In this document: one piece after another, positions 27,821 to 38,104 of the stretch
Numbering within the stretch: position 1 is the stretch's first letter
Layout of the letters: each line of letters begins with the position of its first letter
Position numbers and translations under genes: made by a program
Notes under the pieces: generated by a model
Told to the model about the DNA's origin: nothing
The model's database searches: none
What the model saw: the letters and a program-made list of their open reading frames with translations, nothing else
Source of the DNA: an uncultured Rhodospirillaceae bacterium
GTDB taxonomy: Bacteria; Pseudomonadota; Alphaproteobacteria; MPNO01; UBA2964
Length of the DNA stretch: 64,000 nucleotides
Direction of reading: 5' to 3'
Assembly: GCA_913052165.1 (NCBI GenBank)
Contig: CAJXEC010000001.1
Location: 30,056 to 94,055, forward strand

Positions 27821-28696
27821 TTACTCCTCAGAGTACCGAGCTTCGGCCGAGTAATAGTCATCAAATCCCACTACATTTCGAAGGTGTGAAAACTCAGAGA
27901 GCCCTTCAGGGGTTTTGCCGCTTGATAGAGAGATCAGTGCTTTCTCCATCGCGGAAATCGCAGAGTTCAACAAGGTCAAAGGGTATAAAACAATGCTAAA
28001 TCCCATAGCCTGAAGCATTTCTACAGAAAGAAGGGGTGTATCCCCCTGCTCCACCAAATTTGCCATCTTTGGGCCAGGCACACGCTTACAAAACGCCTCC
28101 ATTTCTGCTTCTGATTGCGGAGCTTCAAGAAATAGAATATCTGCACCAGCCTCCGCAAAAGCCTGCATACGCCACATTGCCTCATCTAAACCGTCGGTCG
28201 CACGAGCATCGGTGCGCGCCATAATCAGAATATTTGCCCCTTCCTCTCGAGCGTCGATAGCTGCCCGCACACGCAGGAGGGCTTCAGTTCGCTCAACCAC
28301 AGCCTTACCTTTGGTGTGACCGCACCTTTTTGGCGCTACCTGATCTTCGATCATGGCACATGCGAACCCTGCTTGCGCAAACCCCTCGATAGTCCGGCGC
28401 ACATTTAAGGCATTTCCATATCCTGTGTCTGCATCTCCAATGACCGGTATCTTAACCGAGTTACAAATATTACGACCCTGATCAATCATCTCACCATAAG
28501 AAATAAGCCCTGTATCAGGCATTCCTAATTTAGCTGCAGACACAGCAAACCCACTCATAAACGACATATCAAACCCCGCGCGCTCCACAAGCCGTGCAGA
28601 TAGCGCATCAAAACAGGCTGGAGCCAAATGGGCCTTCCCGTCTGAAACTAAGCTTCTTAACTTCTCAGGTGCAGATAAGCGAGACATAACATTCAT
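27821..28696 (-). CDS. Isocitrate lyase/PEP mutase family enzyme (2-methylisocitrate lyase-like)
   Basis: 291 aa. Family signature K-R-C-G-H (QVAPKRCGHTKGK) and the GDADTGYG Mg-binding motif. Confidence 0.75.
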   Translation of the reverse strand: MNVMSRLSAPEKLRSLVSDGKAHLAPACFDALSARLVERAGFDMSFMSGFAVSAAKLGMPDTGLISYGEMIDQGRNICNSVKIPVIGDADTGYGNALNVRRTIEGFAQAGFACAMIEDQVAPKRCGHTKGKAVVERTEALLRVRAAIDAREEGANILIMARTDARATDGLDEAMWRMQAFAEAGADILFLEAPQSEAEMEAFCKRVPGPKMANLVEQGDTPLLSVEMLQAMGFSIVLYPLTLLNSAISAMEKALISLSSGKTPEGLSEFSHLRNVVGFDDYYSAEARYSEE

Positions 28697-28968
28697 TCAG
28701 CTTTTCCATCATCAAAACTGACTTGGATCAAGCGAAAAATAAACCAAATTGAAAACGCAAAGAAAAGCAAACCTCCCCAATATCCAAAACCATGCCCTGC
28801 GACACTCGCCACAAAAAGGCCGCCGACAGCTAGGACAAGCATTATGCCACCCATAATCCAGTTACTCACATTGTTCATTTGCACCACTCCAATGTCACAC
28901 ACCTCTATTGACGACAACAAAGTCACATACATACTCTCTGTATTTAATATCCCTAAACCGACGACCAA
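28693..28968 (-). CDS. Small membrane protein (2 TM), hypothetical; true start possibly 28878
   Basis: Hydrophobic ORF with two predicted TM segments whose 3' end overlaps the upstream PEPM-family gene start by 4 bp (ATGA). No recognisable domain. Confidence 0.4.
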   Translation of the reverse strand: MVVGLGILNTESMYVTLLSSIEVCDIGVVQMNNVSNWIMGGIMLVLAVGGLFVASVAGHGFGYWGGLLFFAFSIWFIFRLIQVSFDDGKAE

Positions 28969-29037
28969 GCTATCCGGTCTCGTAATTTTTTCGTTACCTG
29001 GACACTCAAGTGCCTTGTTCAGATTTCTCTCATAGCT

Positions 29038-30462
29038 TTAACCAAAGGCTAATAAAAATTTTACCAATCTATTGATGCGCGTGCTGAATAATTTGGGAGC
29101 AAAAAAGGCAGCCGCTGTACGCTTATTAATTTCTCCCAACGTGGGATAAGGCAAAATTAACTCAGTTAACCTTTTAATATTCATGCCCCTCGAGATTGGC
29201 ATGGCCCAGGTTTGAATGATCTCGCTGGCATTATCGCCTACAATCCCAACTCCTAAAATTTTGCCACGCTTGGAGGTAACTACTTTTACAATACCATGAA
29301 TGTCTCGGCTCACTTGGGCGCGATCATTCTCTGAAAATGGAGTAGTAATTACCTGGGCAGTATTAAATCTGTGTTTTGCTTCATAAAAGGTCATCCCGAT
29401 TTGTGCAAGTTCTGGCCTCATAAATGTAACCCTGGGCATCGCACGATAGTTCGTTCTAACAGGTAGTCGGAAAAGGATATTCCGAATTATGACCCCAGCT
29501 TGATAAGATGCTGCGTGGGTATAGTTATGAGCCCCCACTACGTCCCCTAAAGCAAAAATATTTTTATTTGTAGTTCTTAGCCGTCGATCTACTAAGACGC
29601 CTCCCGATCCAAATTCAATACCGGCCTTTTCTAATTCTAATCCAGAGACAGTAGGGTTTCTGCCAGTTGCAACCAGTAAATGCGAACCCTTAACTTCAAT
29701 ATTTTCACCAGAGATGTTTACGCGTATTTCAATTTCCTCGGCAACGCCTGACACAGTTTGAACGGTCGCACCTTCTATAATCTTTACACCTTCCGCTAAT
29801 ATTTTTTCCCGGACCAATGCTGTAAGCTCGGTGTCCTCTTTTCCTAAAATTCGTGAGGCCTCAAGCACTGTCACATCTGCGCCCAACCTCTTAAAAGCTT
29901 GAGCCATTTCAAGGCCAATGGGCCCGCCGCCAATCACCATGAGGTGCTTTATTGGCTTATCATTTTCGAAAATAGTCTGGTTAGTGAAAAATGGTGTTTT
30001 ATTAAGACCAGGAATTGAAGGTATACTTGGTTGTGACCCGGTCGCTAATACAAATTTCTTTGCCTTAACTCTAAAATCTCCTGCTCGCAGCGTGTTAGGA
30101 TCCAAAAAAGCCCCTGAGTCCCTAATGACGTGGACACCCATATTTTCAAAACGCTCTTGAGAATCATGGTAGGCGATTCGATCGATAGCTGTCTTTACAT
30201 GACCCCGCACTTTCGCCCAATCCACGACTGGCTCCACGTCTTGAATACCAAATCGGGATAAGTGACGGGCCTTGTGCGCGGCGTCGGCGGCAGAAATAAG
30301 AGCCTTAGATGGCACGCAACCATGGTTCAAACAATCACCACCCATTAGACCCGCCTCAACCAATACAACTTTGGCCCCCATTTGAGCAGCGACTGCTGCT
30401 ACGGAGAGGCCGCCAGCCCCGGCCCCGATGATACAAATATCTGTTTGAACTGTTTCCATCAA
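29038..30462 (-). CDS. FAD-dependent pyridine nucleotide-disulfide oxidoreductase (dihydrolipoyl dehydrogenase / mercuric reductase-like core, no metal-binding N-domain)
   Basis: 474 aa. N-terminal FAD GxGxxG (IIGAGAGG), class-I redox-active disulfide GGDCLNHGCVPSK, NAD-binding fold, C-terminal dimerisation domain. Confidence 0.8.
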   Translation of the reverse strand: MMETVQTDICIIGAGAGGLSVAAVAAQMGAKVVLVEAGLMGGDCLNHGCVPSKALISAADAAHKARHLSRFGIQDVEPVVDWAKVRGHVKTAIDRIAYHDSQERFENMGVHVIRDSGAFLDPNTLRAGDFRVKAKKFVLATGSQPSIPSIPGLNKTPFFTNQTIFENDKPIKHLMVIGGGPIGLEMAQAFKRLGADVTVLEASRILGKEDTELTALVREKILAEGVKIIEGATVQTVSGVAEEIEIRVNISGENIEVKGSHLLVATGRNPTVSGLELEKAGIEFGSGGVLVDRRLRTTNKNIFALGDVVGAHNYTHAASYQAGVIIRNILFRLPVRTNYRAMPRVTFMRPELAQIGMTFYEAKHRFNTAQVITTPFSENDRAQVSRDIHGIVKVVTSKRGKILGVGIVGDNASEIIQTWAMPISRGMNIKRLTELILPYPTLGEINKRTAAAFFAPKLFSTRINRLVKFLLAFG

Positions 30463-30486
30463 ATCAATATTTCACAAAACTTGGGA

Positions 30487-31218
30487 TCAATCCCTTGTAA
30501 CTTCAAGATTTTTTCGGCGCCAGATAATAGGAACGAGAGCCAACACACCCAATCCGATTAGTGGGAATAAAAAACGGGGGGCAAGGATAATATCAAGGTC
30601 AACATTTGCATCGATCTCTATTATAGCACCCAAACCATCACCAACGAATGCATATATTAAAGTCCCGGGCATAATACCAAAGAAGGTGCCGATAAGATAA
30701 GTGGAGAGTTTTACGCCTAAAAATGCGGGAGCTAAATTGACCAAAAAAAATGGAAAAATTGGAACCAATCTTAAGAAAAAAAGATAACTTAGAGCGTTCA
30801 CCTTAAACCCCTCACGCATTTTAAAGATCGCAGAACCCGCACGCGGACGAAACCAATCTAAGAGAGCATGGCGAGCAGCGAGAAAAATAACATTCGCACC
30901 CAGAGTAGCACCAATAACCGCAAGCAACGTACCCGCCATCGGACCAAACAAAAAGCCACCAACAATAGTCATCATTGCTCCTCCAGGAAGAGAGAATGAG
31001 ACCAGGGCGCAATAACTGATAACGTAAACAACCGCTGAGAATAAACGATTATTATTTACTTGTTCTAACAACTGAAGATGGTGCGCCTTTATGACTGGAA
31101 ACGAAAAGTAAGACGTTAGATCGTAGAGAAAACAAAGGCTCAAACCTAACAGCAGTAAGAGTAGGGGACCATACCTGCTTATATTCCTAAACAATTTGCT
31201 ATCTGAAACGAATTTCAA
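30487..31218 (-). CDS. DedA / TVP38-TMEM64 family membrane protein
   Basis: 243 aa polytopic membrane protein with DedA-type pattern (…GFLFGPMAGTLLAVIGATLGANVIFLAARH…). Confidence 0.7.
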   Translation of the reverse strand: MKFVSDSKLFRNISRYGPLLLLLLGLSLCFLYDLTSYFSFPVIKAHHLQLLEQVNNNRLFSAVVYVISYCALVSFSLPGGAMMTIVGGFLFGPMAGTLLAVIGATLGANVIFLAARHALLDWFRPRAGSAIFKMREGFKVNALSYLFFLRLVPIFPFFLVNLAPAFLGVKLSTYLIGTFFGIMPGTLIYAFVGDGLGAIIEIDANVDLDIILAPRFLFPLIGLGVLALVPIIWRRKNLEVTRD

Positions 31219-31365
31219 ATCGATCTCATTTTTTTCATAACGCTAGGTACGCCGTCTTTGGGGTACTATATAACACCTAATATGTTCTCTCCGAATAAAC
31301 AAAAAATTCACTTTCATTAATCAACTAGATCCGTCTCAATATTTAGTTAAATACATTGTGTTATA

Positions 31366-31400
31366 TTGACTTATCTTAGTTGTGTCCTTATACCGCTCGT
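31366..31400 (+). promoter_or_regulatory. Putative sigma-70-like promoter of rpmH-rnpA-yidD-yidC (TTGACT-N17-TATACC)
   Basis: Hexamers read by eye about 30 nt upstream of the rpmH TTG start. Not otherwise supported. Confidence 0.25.
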
Positions 31401-31430
31401 GCTTGCAACTTCGCTATTCGGAGATTTATC

Positions 31431-31565
31431 TTGAAACGCACATATCAACCAAGCGTGTTGGTACGCAAAAGACGCCATGGGTTTCGCGCGAGGAAGGCCA
31501 CCGTTGGCGGCCGGCGTGTTCTCGCGCATCGTCGCGCCCGGGGCCGCAAACGACTCTCAGCGTAG
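31431..31565 (+). CDS. rpmH: 50S ribosomal protein L34
   Basis: 44-aa product (M)[43 protein letters not shown], near-universal L34 sequence. TTG start; the ORF-track extension from 31380 is rejected. Confidence 0.9.
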   Translation: MKRTYQPSVLVRKRRHGFRARKATVGGRRVLAHRRARGRKRLSA

Positions 31566-31567
31566 TT

Positions 31568-31960
31568 ATGGGTCTCACGCTGCAGCATTTGCGGCAGCGA
31601 CGTGAATTTGTCAATGTCGCAAAAAAGGGCCGCAAATACGCCGCCCCGGGGCTGGTGCTTCAGGCACTGAACCGGCTAGATGATAAATGCAGCAATGATG
31701 TGCTTGCCGCAAGCTCCGCAGTAAGGATAGGCTTTACCGTAACCCGCAAGGTGGGTAACGCCGTTGTGCGGAATAGAGTGAAACGCCGCCTTCGCGCTGC
31801 CGCCTCACAGATCCCCCCGATACATTTTAAAGGGAATTTTGACCTTGTTTTAATAGGAAGGGCCGAAACCAAGAAGCGCAGTTTCGAAGAACTCAAGCAA
31901 GATTTATTGAAGGCCCTGAACCACGTTGAGGCCTATCGCGCTGCTGAGACTGGATCATGA
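31568..31960 (+). CDS. rnpA: Ribonuclease P protein component
   Basis: About 130 aa basic protein directly downstream of rpmH (canonical arrangement). Start at ATG 31568, 2 nt after the rpmH stop. Internal RNR-like segment NRVKRRLR. The longer ORF from 31382 is a frame artefact overlapping rpmH. Confidence 0.8.
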   Translation: MGLTLQHLRQRREFVNVAKKGRKYAAPGLVLQALNRLDDKCSNDVLAASSAVRIGFTVTRKVGNAVVRNRVKRRLRAAASQIPPIHFKGNFDLVLIGRAETKKRSFEELKQDLLKALNHVEAYRAAETGS

Positions 31961-32223
31961 CCTGCAAAATTCTGATATTTCTTTTCGTAATTCCGATAAT
32001 TTTTTTAATCAGGCTATATCAGTGGGCAATATCCCCGTTTCTTCCTGTGAGCTGCAGATTTCTGCCGAGCTGTTCATGCTATGCCCTAGAAGCTTTTCAC
32101 AAACATGGACCTATCTTAGGCCTGTTTCTTTCTATAAAACGGCTTTGTAAGTGCCACCCTTGGGGGGGATCGGGACATGATCCAGTTCCAGACTACTTGT
32201 CAAAAACCCGAGGCTCTAAATAA
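31957..32223 (+). CDS. yidD: Membrane protein insertion efficiency factor YidD
   Basis: 88 aa with the conserved YidD core [23 protein letters not shown]...HG. Overlaps the rnpA stop by 4 bp. Confidence 0.85.
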   Translation: MTCKILIFLFVIPIIFLIRLYQWAISPFLPVSCRFLPSCSCYALEAFHKHGPILGLFLSIKRLCKCHPWGGSGHDPVPDYLSKTRGSK

Positions 32224-32238
32224 TAAGTCGAGAAACAA

Positions 32239-34059
32239 ATGGAACAACGCAACCTAATAATTGCTGCAGTGCTCTCAATTGGAATTCTTCTCGTCTGGCA
32301 ATTTCTATATGAAATGCCGCGTATGGAGCGCCAACGCGCTGAACAGGCTCGTCAAGCCACTTTACAGAAAGAAAAGCAAGCAAATACTATGGGCCAAGGC
32401 GTATCGGTTAAAACACCCTCCTCCCAAAATCAGGAGAGTATTCCCACCCCCGGAGCCAGCATCGCCCCGATTCCACAGAATGAAGGCATCCCTTTGCCGG
32501 GTGTCGGGGGATCAGCGAAAGGAGCGCCTGCAGTTACGGCACTCAGGAATGCTGCAATGTCATCCAGCAAACGGCTTAGAATAGAAGCCCCGAGACTGAG
32601 AGGATCGATCGCTCTGACAGGAGGCCGGTTAGATGACTTAACACTTGTTGGCTATCGAGAGACTGTGAAACCCGAAAGCCAAGAAATCACGCTGCTTTCG
32701 CCAGTTGGAGCCCCTAAACCATACTATGCACAGCTAGGTTGGACCGCTCTGGATCGAACTATACCCCTGCCTGTAGACACCAGCGTCTGGCAAACAAATC
32801 GCCAGACCTTATCACCTGGAAATCCTGTGACTTTAACTTGGGATAACGGCAAAGGATTATTATTCAAACGTCAAATAAGCGTTGATAAAGATTATCTCTT
32901 TAATATCACTCAAACGGTAGTTAATCGCACCAACACGCCAGTCACGCTTTATCCCTACGGCCTGGTCTCACGGACAGATACTCCAGAAACACTTGGTTTT
33001 TTTATTCTTCATGAAGGCCTAATTGGTGTCTTCAACAGTCAGCTCGAGGAGCTCGACTATGATGATCTCGAAGAAGCAAAGACCCAAACCCATGACTCCA
33101 CTGGTGGCTGGCTCGGAATTACTGACAAGTATTGGCTTATGGCGCTGATCCCTAATCAAAATGAAAAGTTTACCGGCGCCTTTCGACACAACCTGACGGG
33201 GAACAGGCATAAATACCAGGCGGACTTTGTAGGCCAGGGTAAAATTATTCCGGCGAATGGTTCAGCAAGCATTTCAAACAAACTTTTTGCTGGCGCGAAA
33301 GAAGTCCGGCTCCTCGACGGCTATGGAGAGAAACACGGGATTGTTAGATTTGATCTTGCCGTCGACTTTGGCTGGTTTTATTTCCTTACCAAGCCAATTT
33401 TTTATGTTTTAGACTATTTCTATCGTCTCTTGGGAAACTTCGGCCTAGGCATCCTCCTTCTAACCGTCCTAATTAAAGTAGTATTCTTCCCACTTGCCAA
33501 TAAATCGTACCGGGCAATGAGCAGAATGAAGCAGCTTCAACCAAAGATGATGAAGCTCAGAGAACGTTACCCAAATGATAAACAGAAGATGAATGAGGCG
33601 ATGATGCGGCTCTACCGGGATGAGAAAGTAAATCCCGCGGCCGGCTGTCTCCCTATAATGGTCCAAATCCCGGTCTTCTTTGCGCTCTACAAAGTGCTTT
33701 TTGTTACAATTGAGATGCGGCACGCACCTTTTTACGGTTGGATCCAAGATTTATCAGCAGCAGATCCAACGTCAATTTTTAACTTATTCGGTTTAATCCC
33801 ATGGACGCCCCCTGATATTCTGTTGATCGGGATCTGGCCGATCATAATGGGAGCGACTATGTGGCTTCAACAGAAACTTAACCCAGCGCCTGCTGACCCA
33901 ATACAACAAAAAATATTCATGTTTCTGCCGATAATATTTACGGTTATGCTGGCAAGCTTTCCAGCCGGGTTGGTGATCTATTGGGCCTGGAACAACATTT
34001 TATCTATAGCTCAACAATGGGTGATCATGCGTCGAATGGGTGTAAAGATAGGCGGCTGA
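32239..34059 (+). CDS. yidC: Membrane protein insertase YidC
   Basis: 606 aa. N-terminal TM, large periplasmic domain, C-terminal 5-TM Oxa1/YidC core. Confidence 0.9.
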   Translation: MEQRNLIIAAVLSIGILLVWQFLYEMPRMERQRAEQARQATLQKEKQANTMGQGVSVKTPSSQNQESIPTPGASIAPIPQNEGIPLPGVGGSAKGAPAVTALRNAAMSSSKRLRIEAPRLRGSIALTGGRLDDLTLVGYRETVKPESQEITLLSPVGAPKPYYAQLGWTALDRTIPLPVDTSVWQTNRQTLSPGNPVTLTWDNGKGLLFKRQISVDKDYLFNITQTVVNRTNTPVTLYPYGLVSRTDTPETLGFFILHEGLIGVFNSQLEELDYDDLEEAKTQTHDSTGGWLGITDKYWLMALIPNQNEKFTGAFRHNLTGNRHKYQADFVGQGKIIPANGSASISNKLFAGAKEVRLLDGYGEKHGIVRFDLAVDFGWFYFLTKPIFYVLDYFYRLLGNFGLGILLLTVLIKVVFFPLANKSYRAMSRMKQLQPKMMKLRERYPNDKQKMNEAMMRLYRDEKVNPAAGCLPIMVQIPVFFALYKVLFVTIEMRHAPFYGWIQDLSAADPTSIFNLFGLIPWTPPDILLIGIWPIIMGATMWLQQKLNPAPADPIQQKIFMFLPIIFTVMLASFPAGLVIYWAWNNILSIAQQWVIMRRMGVKIGG

Positions 34060-34075
34060 TACAAGAGTTTAGAGA

Positions 34076-34723
34076 ATGCCTAATATAGTGCATCGAGATA
34101 GTGACCTGATTGAGGCAAGCAGGTTGTTATTTGAACGAGAATGCTTTTTTGTCGCAGGTGCAACAAATGAAGCCGCTCTTCCCTCTATTCAATTACCCGA
34201 GGTAGCCTTTGCCGGGAGGTCTAATGTTGGGAAATCTAGTCTCATCAACTGTTTAACTCGCCAGACCAACCTGGCCCGTACCTCTCAGACACCGGGGCGA
34301 ACCCAACAGATAAATTTTTTCGAGATAAAAAGTCGATTAATGCTAGTCGATCTCCCAGGCTATGGTTACGCGCGCGCTTCAAAAAATAAAGTTAAAGACT
34401 GGACATCACTGATTCACACCTATCTAAGGGGGCGTCCAAACCTCAGACGCGTTTGCATGCTCATAGACTCTCGCCATGGACTTAAACCAAACGATAGAGC
34501 GTTGATGTCAGAGCTGGATGATGCCGCCGTTGTGTACCAACTTATACTAACTAAGATCGATAAGAGTAACGAAATTAAAAGAGGTCTTATTTTAAAGGAA
34601 ATAAAAGATGTTTTTTCGAACCATCCGGCGGCACACACGGAAATATATCAAACAAGTGCTCTAGAAGGGTCTGGGATTGAGGATTTAAGAGCCTCCCTCT
34701 GGTCGCTGGCTGAGCCCATATAA
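34076..34723 (+). CDS. engB: Ribosome biogenesis GTP-binding protein YihA/EngB
   Basis: G1 motif [10 protein letters not shown]3 DLPGYG, G4 TKID. Immediately after yidC, as in many bacteria. Confidence 0.85.
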   Translation: MPNIVHRDSDLIEASRLLFERECFFVAGATNEAALPSIQLPEVAFAGRSNVGKSSLINCLTRQTNLARTSQTPGRTQQINFFEIKSRLMLVDLPGYGYARASKNKVKDWTSLIHTYLRGRPNLRRVCMLIDSRHGLKPNDRALMSELDDAAVVYQLILTKIDKSNEIKRGLILKEIKDVFSNHPAAHTEIYQTSALEGSGIEDLRASLWSLAEPI

Positions 34724-34742
34724 TTCGGTTAACGTTAGATCC

Positions 34743-35690
34743 ATGAAAGAAAATTTATCAGAAAAAAAGCGGCCATGGAGCAAATCTGCGCCTGGCAATT
34801 GGTTTACCAAGGCGGAAACACTATCGGAAGCGCTTCCATATTTGCGCGAGTATGCGGGTAAAACCTTTGTTATCAAATATGGTGGCCACGCAATGGGCGA
34901 TGAGAAACTCGCGAGGTTATTCGCGACAGACGTGGTTTTGATGAAGCATGTCGGCATAAACCCGGTGATCGTGCATGGGGGCGGACCACAAATTGAAGAA
35001 ATGCTTGAAAGACTCCAAATTAAAAGCTCTTTTGTGGATGGACTGAGGGTTACCGATAGGGAAACGGTGGACATAGTCGAAATGGTTCTAGCGGGCAGTA
35101 TTAATAAAAAAATTGTATCTGCGATTAATAAAGCCGGGGGCACAGCGATTGGTTTGTCTGGAAAAGATGGACGCCTAATAGAAGCGAAGCAATTGAGAAG
35201 AAAAATTCTTGACCCAGAGTCAAATATTGAAAAAGTTATTGACCTTGGGCTAGTGGGTGAGCCAACTCAGGTCAATGCCAGTGTTCTTTATTCGCTAACT
35301 GACTCTAACTTGATACCGGTTATAGCGCCAATCGGTATTGGAAAAGATGGAGCTACTTTTAATATTAATGCAGACACAGCGGCAGGAGCAGTTGCTGCAG
35401 CTCTGAATGCCGAAAGACTGCTAATGTTGACAGATGTCGCAGGAGTTTTAGACAAAAATGGGCAACTGATACCCGAGATGAGTAAACCTCAGGTCTCCGC
35501 AAAAAAAAGAGATGGTACCATCCAGGGTGGCATGATTCCTAAAATCGATACATGCCTTGCTGCTGTCTCTGAGGGAGTTAAGGCAGCAGTTGTTTTAGAT
35601 GGTCGTGTCCCTCACGCCCTAATTTTAGAGACCTTTACCGAACACGGTGTAGGCACCCTTATCCGGGGATCCTTAGGGAAAACGGTATAG
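34743..35690 (+). CDS. argB: Acetylglutamate kinase
   Basis: Amino-acid kinase fold ([18 protein letters not shown]), around 300 aa. Confidence 0.85.
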   Translation: MKENLSEKKRPWSKSAPGNWFTKAETLSEALPYLREYAGKTFVIKYGGHAMGDEKLARLFATDVVLMKHVGINPVIVHGGGPQIEEMLERLQIKSSFVDGLRVTDRETVDIVEMVLAGSINKKIVSAINKAGGTAIGLSGKDGRLIEAKQLRRKILDPESNIEKVIDLGLVGEPTQVNASVLYSLTDSNLIPVIAPIGIGKDGATFNINADTAAGAVAAALNAERLLMLTDVAGVLDKNGQLIPEMSKPQVSAKKRDGTIQGGMIPKIDTCLAAVSEGVKAAVVLDGRVPHALILETFTEHGVGTLIRGSLGKTV

Positions 35691-35700
35691 TAATTTACTG

Positions 35701-36405
35701 ATGGCCTATCCTAGCTCTGGTAAAATCACAACAAAGTATAAAGGTGTTCTTTTTGACCTTGATGGCACACTTGTGGACACACTACCTGATATTCTCGCTG
35801 CTCTAAACCAGGTGATGGTTGGAGAGGGATTACGCGTAGTACATGAGGAAGAAGGCAAAGCGTTTATCGGGGGTGGGGCTTACAACCTTATAGAACAGGC
35901 GTTTTCAGCGATCGGAGTAGATCAAGATAATCAGAGGATTGAGAACGCCTTTCAACAATTCCTAATAAGTTACGAGAAGGATCCGACTAGCCGATCAAAA
36001 TTTTATCCGGGCGTGAAAGATTTTCTAGGGACCCTTCAGCTAAGCGGAATAAAAATGGGCGTCTGCACCAACAAACCAATCGGTCTCACAAGAAAGATAG
36101 TATCCGAAATGGCGATAGAGCATTATTTTGGCAATGCAATTCTCGGCGGAGACTCTTTGAATATTCGTAAACCTAACCCTGAACATGTTATTAGGGTTAT
36201 TAATTTGATGGGGATGCAAACAAATAACGTGATTATGGTCGGGGATAGCGAAACTGATGTCAAGGCAGCTCGGGGTGCGGGTATCCCCATTGTTGTTGTG
36301 GATTATGGTTACACTTCGACTCCACCCGACCTTCTCGGGGGAGATGCCTTAATTTCCTCATTTCATGAATTGCCTGATGCAATACGCATTTTAGAAACCC
36401 AGTAA
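35701..36405 (+). CDS. HAD-superfamily hydrolase (phosphoglycolate phosphatase-like, subfamily IA)
   Basis: Motif I FDLDGTLVDT, motif III K, motif IV GDSETD. 234 aa. Confidence 0.7.
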   Translation: MAYPSSGKITTKYKGVLFDLDGTLVDTLPDILAALNQVMVGEGLRVVHEEEGKAFIGGGAYNLIEQAFSAIGVDQDNQRIENAFQQFLISYEKDPTSRSKFYPGVKDFLGTLQLSGIKMGVCTNKPIGLTRKIVSEMAIEHYFGNAILGGDSLNIRKPNPEHVIRVINLMGMQTNNVIMVGDSETDVKAARGAGIPIVVVDYGYTSTPPDLLGGDALISSFHELPDAIRILETQ

Positions 36406-36460
36406 CAAAGACCAGATATTTTACTAATAATGCTAACGACAAAATTTTTGGAGTTTTAAT

Positions 36461-37165
36461 GTGAGCGCAAATTCAAGGCACCAAAGAAAAAAAACTCCTT
36501 CAAAAATTAACATGTTAGATCAAGTCAACTGTTGGATATTTGACTTAGACAACACGCTTTACCCCATTACAAAGGATCTGCTCTCTGAAATTGATGCACA
36601 AATGTCGCGCTTTGTGTCAAACTTTCTTGATATCGATCCCCATGAGTCGCAGAAGGTTCAAAAGAAATATTTTCGTGAATACGGCCTCACTCTGAGAGGT
36701 TTAATGATCCATCATAAGTTAGATCCCGATGTCTTTTTCAAAGAAACGGCACCAAAAAATTTAGAAAAAATTCAGCCAAACCCCGCTTTAGGTGAAATAA
36801 TAAATACGCTTCCTGGGCGCAAATTAATCTATACAAACTCCGCTCGTGAGCATGCCGAACTCGTCCTGGAACGCCTCGGGATCCGATCAGTGTTCGAGGG
36901 TGTTTTTGACATTAAAGCAGCAAATTATGTTCCAAAGCCAGCCGAAAAACCTTATCGAAAGATGTGCGAGCAATTTTTTATTGAGCCGCATACAGCGCTA
37001 ATGGTAGACGACATTGCTCGGAACCTCAGACCTGCATCGGCACTCGGTATGACTACTGTTTGGATGCAAACCACTGCAGAGTGGGCAGAAACGTCCGACG
37101 TAGAGGATTTTATTGATATCACGATAAATGATATCAGCACGTGGCTTAGCAACATACAGAGTTGA
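36461..37165 (+). CDS. Pyrimidine 5'-nucleotidase (HAD superfamily)
   Basis: WIFDLDNTLY motif and overall similarity to the pyrimidine 5'-nucleotidase family. True start may be the Met at 36512. Confidence 0.65.
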   Translation: MSANSRHQRKKTPSKINMLDQVNCWIFDLDNTLYPITKDLLSEIDAQMSRFVSNFLDIDPHESQKVQKKYFREYGLTLRGLMIHHKLDPDVFFKETAPKNLEKIQPNPALGEIINTLPGRKLIYTNSAREHAELVLERLGIRSVFEGVFDIKAANYVPKPAEKPYRKMCEQFFIEPHTALMVDDIARNLRPASALGMTTVWMQTTAEWAETSDVEDFIDITINDISTWLSNIQS

Positions 37166-37243
37166 CACACCCATTTAGAAATTTATTGTCCCTGCGAGCA
37201 AAATCGTGCGAATTTTGCTTCGATCAAAAGCAATGAGAAAATA

Positions 37244-38104
37244 ATGACTACCTCCGAATTAGAAAAACAACTCGATGAAGCCTGGGAGACGCGAGATAAT
37301 GTTGGTCCGGAAACCAAAGGGCCCGTACGAGACGCTGTAGAGAGAGCATTGGATGGTTTGGACTCAGGCGTTTTCCGTGTTGCCGAAAAAGATAGTGGCG
37401 GGCATTGGACTGTGAATCAGTGGCTAAAAAAGGCCGTATTGCTCTCTTTTAGGCTTTATGAAAACACACCTATGCCCGGAGGGCCGACAGATCCCATTCG
37501 GGGACCAACTGCCTGGTATGACAAGGTAGCGCCTAAATTTTCAGGTTGGGATAACCAAACATTCCAAGAAGCAGGTTTCAGGGCTGTTCCCAATTGTACC
37601 GTGAGGAGAGGCTCTTTTATAGCACCTGGCGTTGTATTGATGCCCAGTTTTGTAAACATAGGTGCCTACGTGGACAGTGGCACGATGGTCGATACGTGGG
37701 CAACAATTGGCTCCTGTGCACAGATAGGAAAAAACTGCCACATATCCGGGGGAGTTGGGATCGGGGGTGTTCTGGAACCATTGCAAGCAGATCCAGTTAT
37801 TATTGGTGATAACTGCTTTGTGGGCGCGCGGTCCGAGGTTGCCGAAGGAGTTATTTTGGAGGATGGTGCCGTTCTTTCGATGGGGGTGTTTCTTGGAGCT
37901 TCGACTAAAATAGTTGACCGGCAAACTGGGGAAACTTATACCGGTCGCGTTCCATCAAATGCGGTCGTGGTTCCTGGAACTCTGCCAGGCAAACCACTAA
38001 CAGATGGATCTGCAGGCCCATCCCTTTATTGCGCGGTTATTGTAAAGCGGGTCGATGATAGAACCCGGGCACGGACGTCAATAAATGATTTGTTACGCGA
38101 TTGA
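37244..38104 (+). CDS. dapD: 2,3,4,5-tetrahydropyridine-2,6-dicarboxylate N-succinyltransferase
   Basis: 286 aa. DapD N-terminal domain plus left-handed beta-helix hexapeptide repeats. Confidence 0.85.
   Translation: MTTSELEKQLDEAWETRDNVGPETKGPVRDAVERALDGLDSGVFRVAEKDSGGHWTVNQWLKKAVLLSFRLYENTPMPGGPTDPIRGPTAWYDKVAPKFSGWDNQTFQEAGFRAVPNCTVRRGSFIAPGVVLMPSFVNIGAYVDSGTMVDTWATIGSCAQIGKNCHISGGVGIGGVLEPLQADPVIIGDNCFVGARSEVAEGVILEDGAVLSMGVFLGASTKIVDRQTGETYTGRVPSNAVVVPGTLPGKPLTDGSAGPSLYCAVIVKRVDDRTRARTSINDLLRD

Noticed and set aside
31382-31567. Long rnpA ORF and long rpmH ORF starting at 31380/31382
   Set aside because: The canonical 44-aa L34 begins at TTG 31431 and RnaseP protein at ATG 31568. The longer frames overlap each other and are artefacts of upstream openness.
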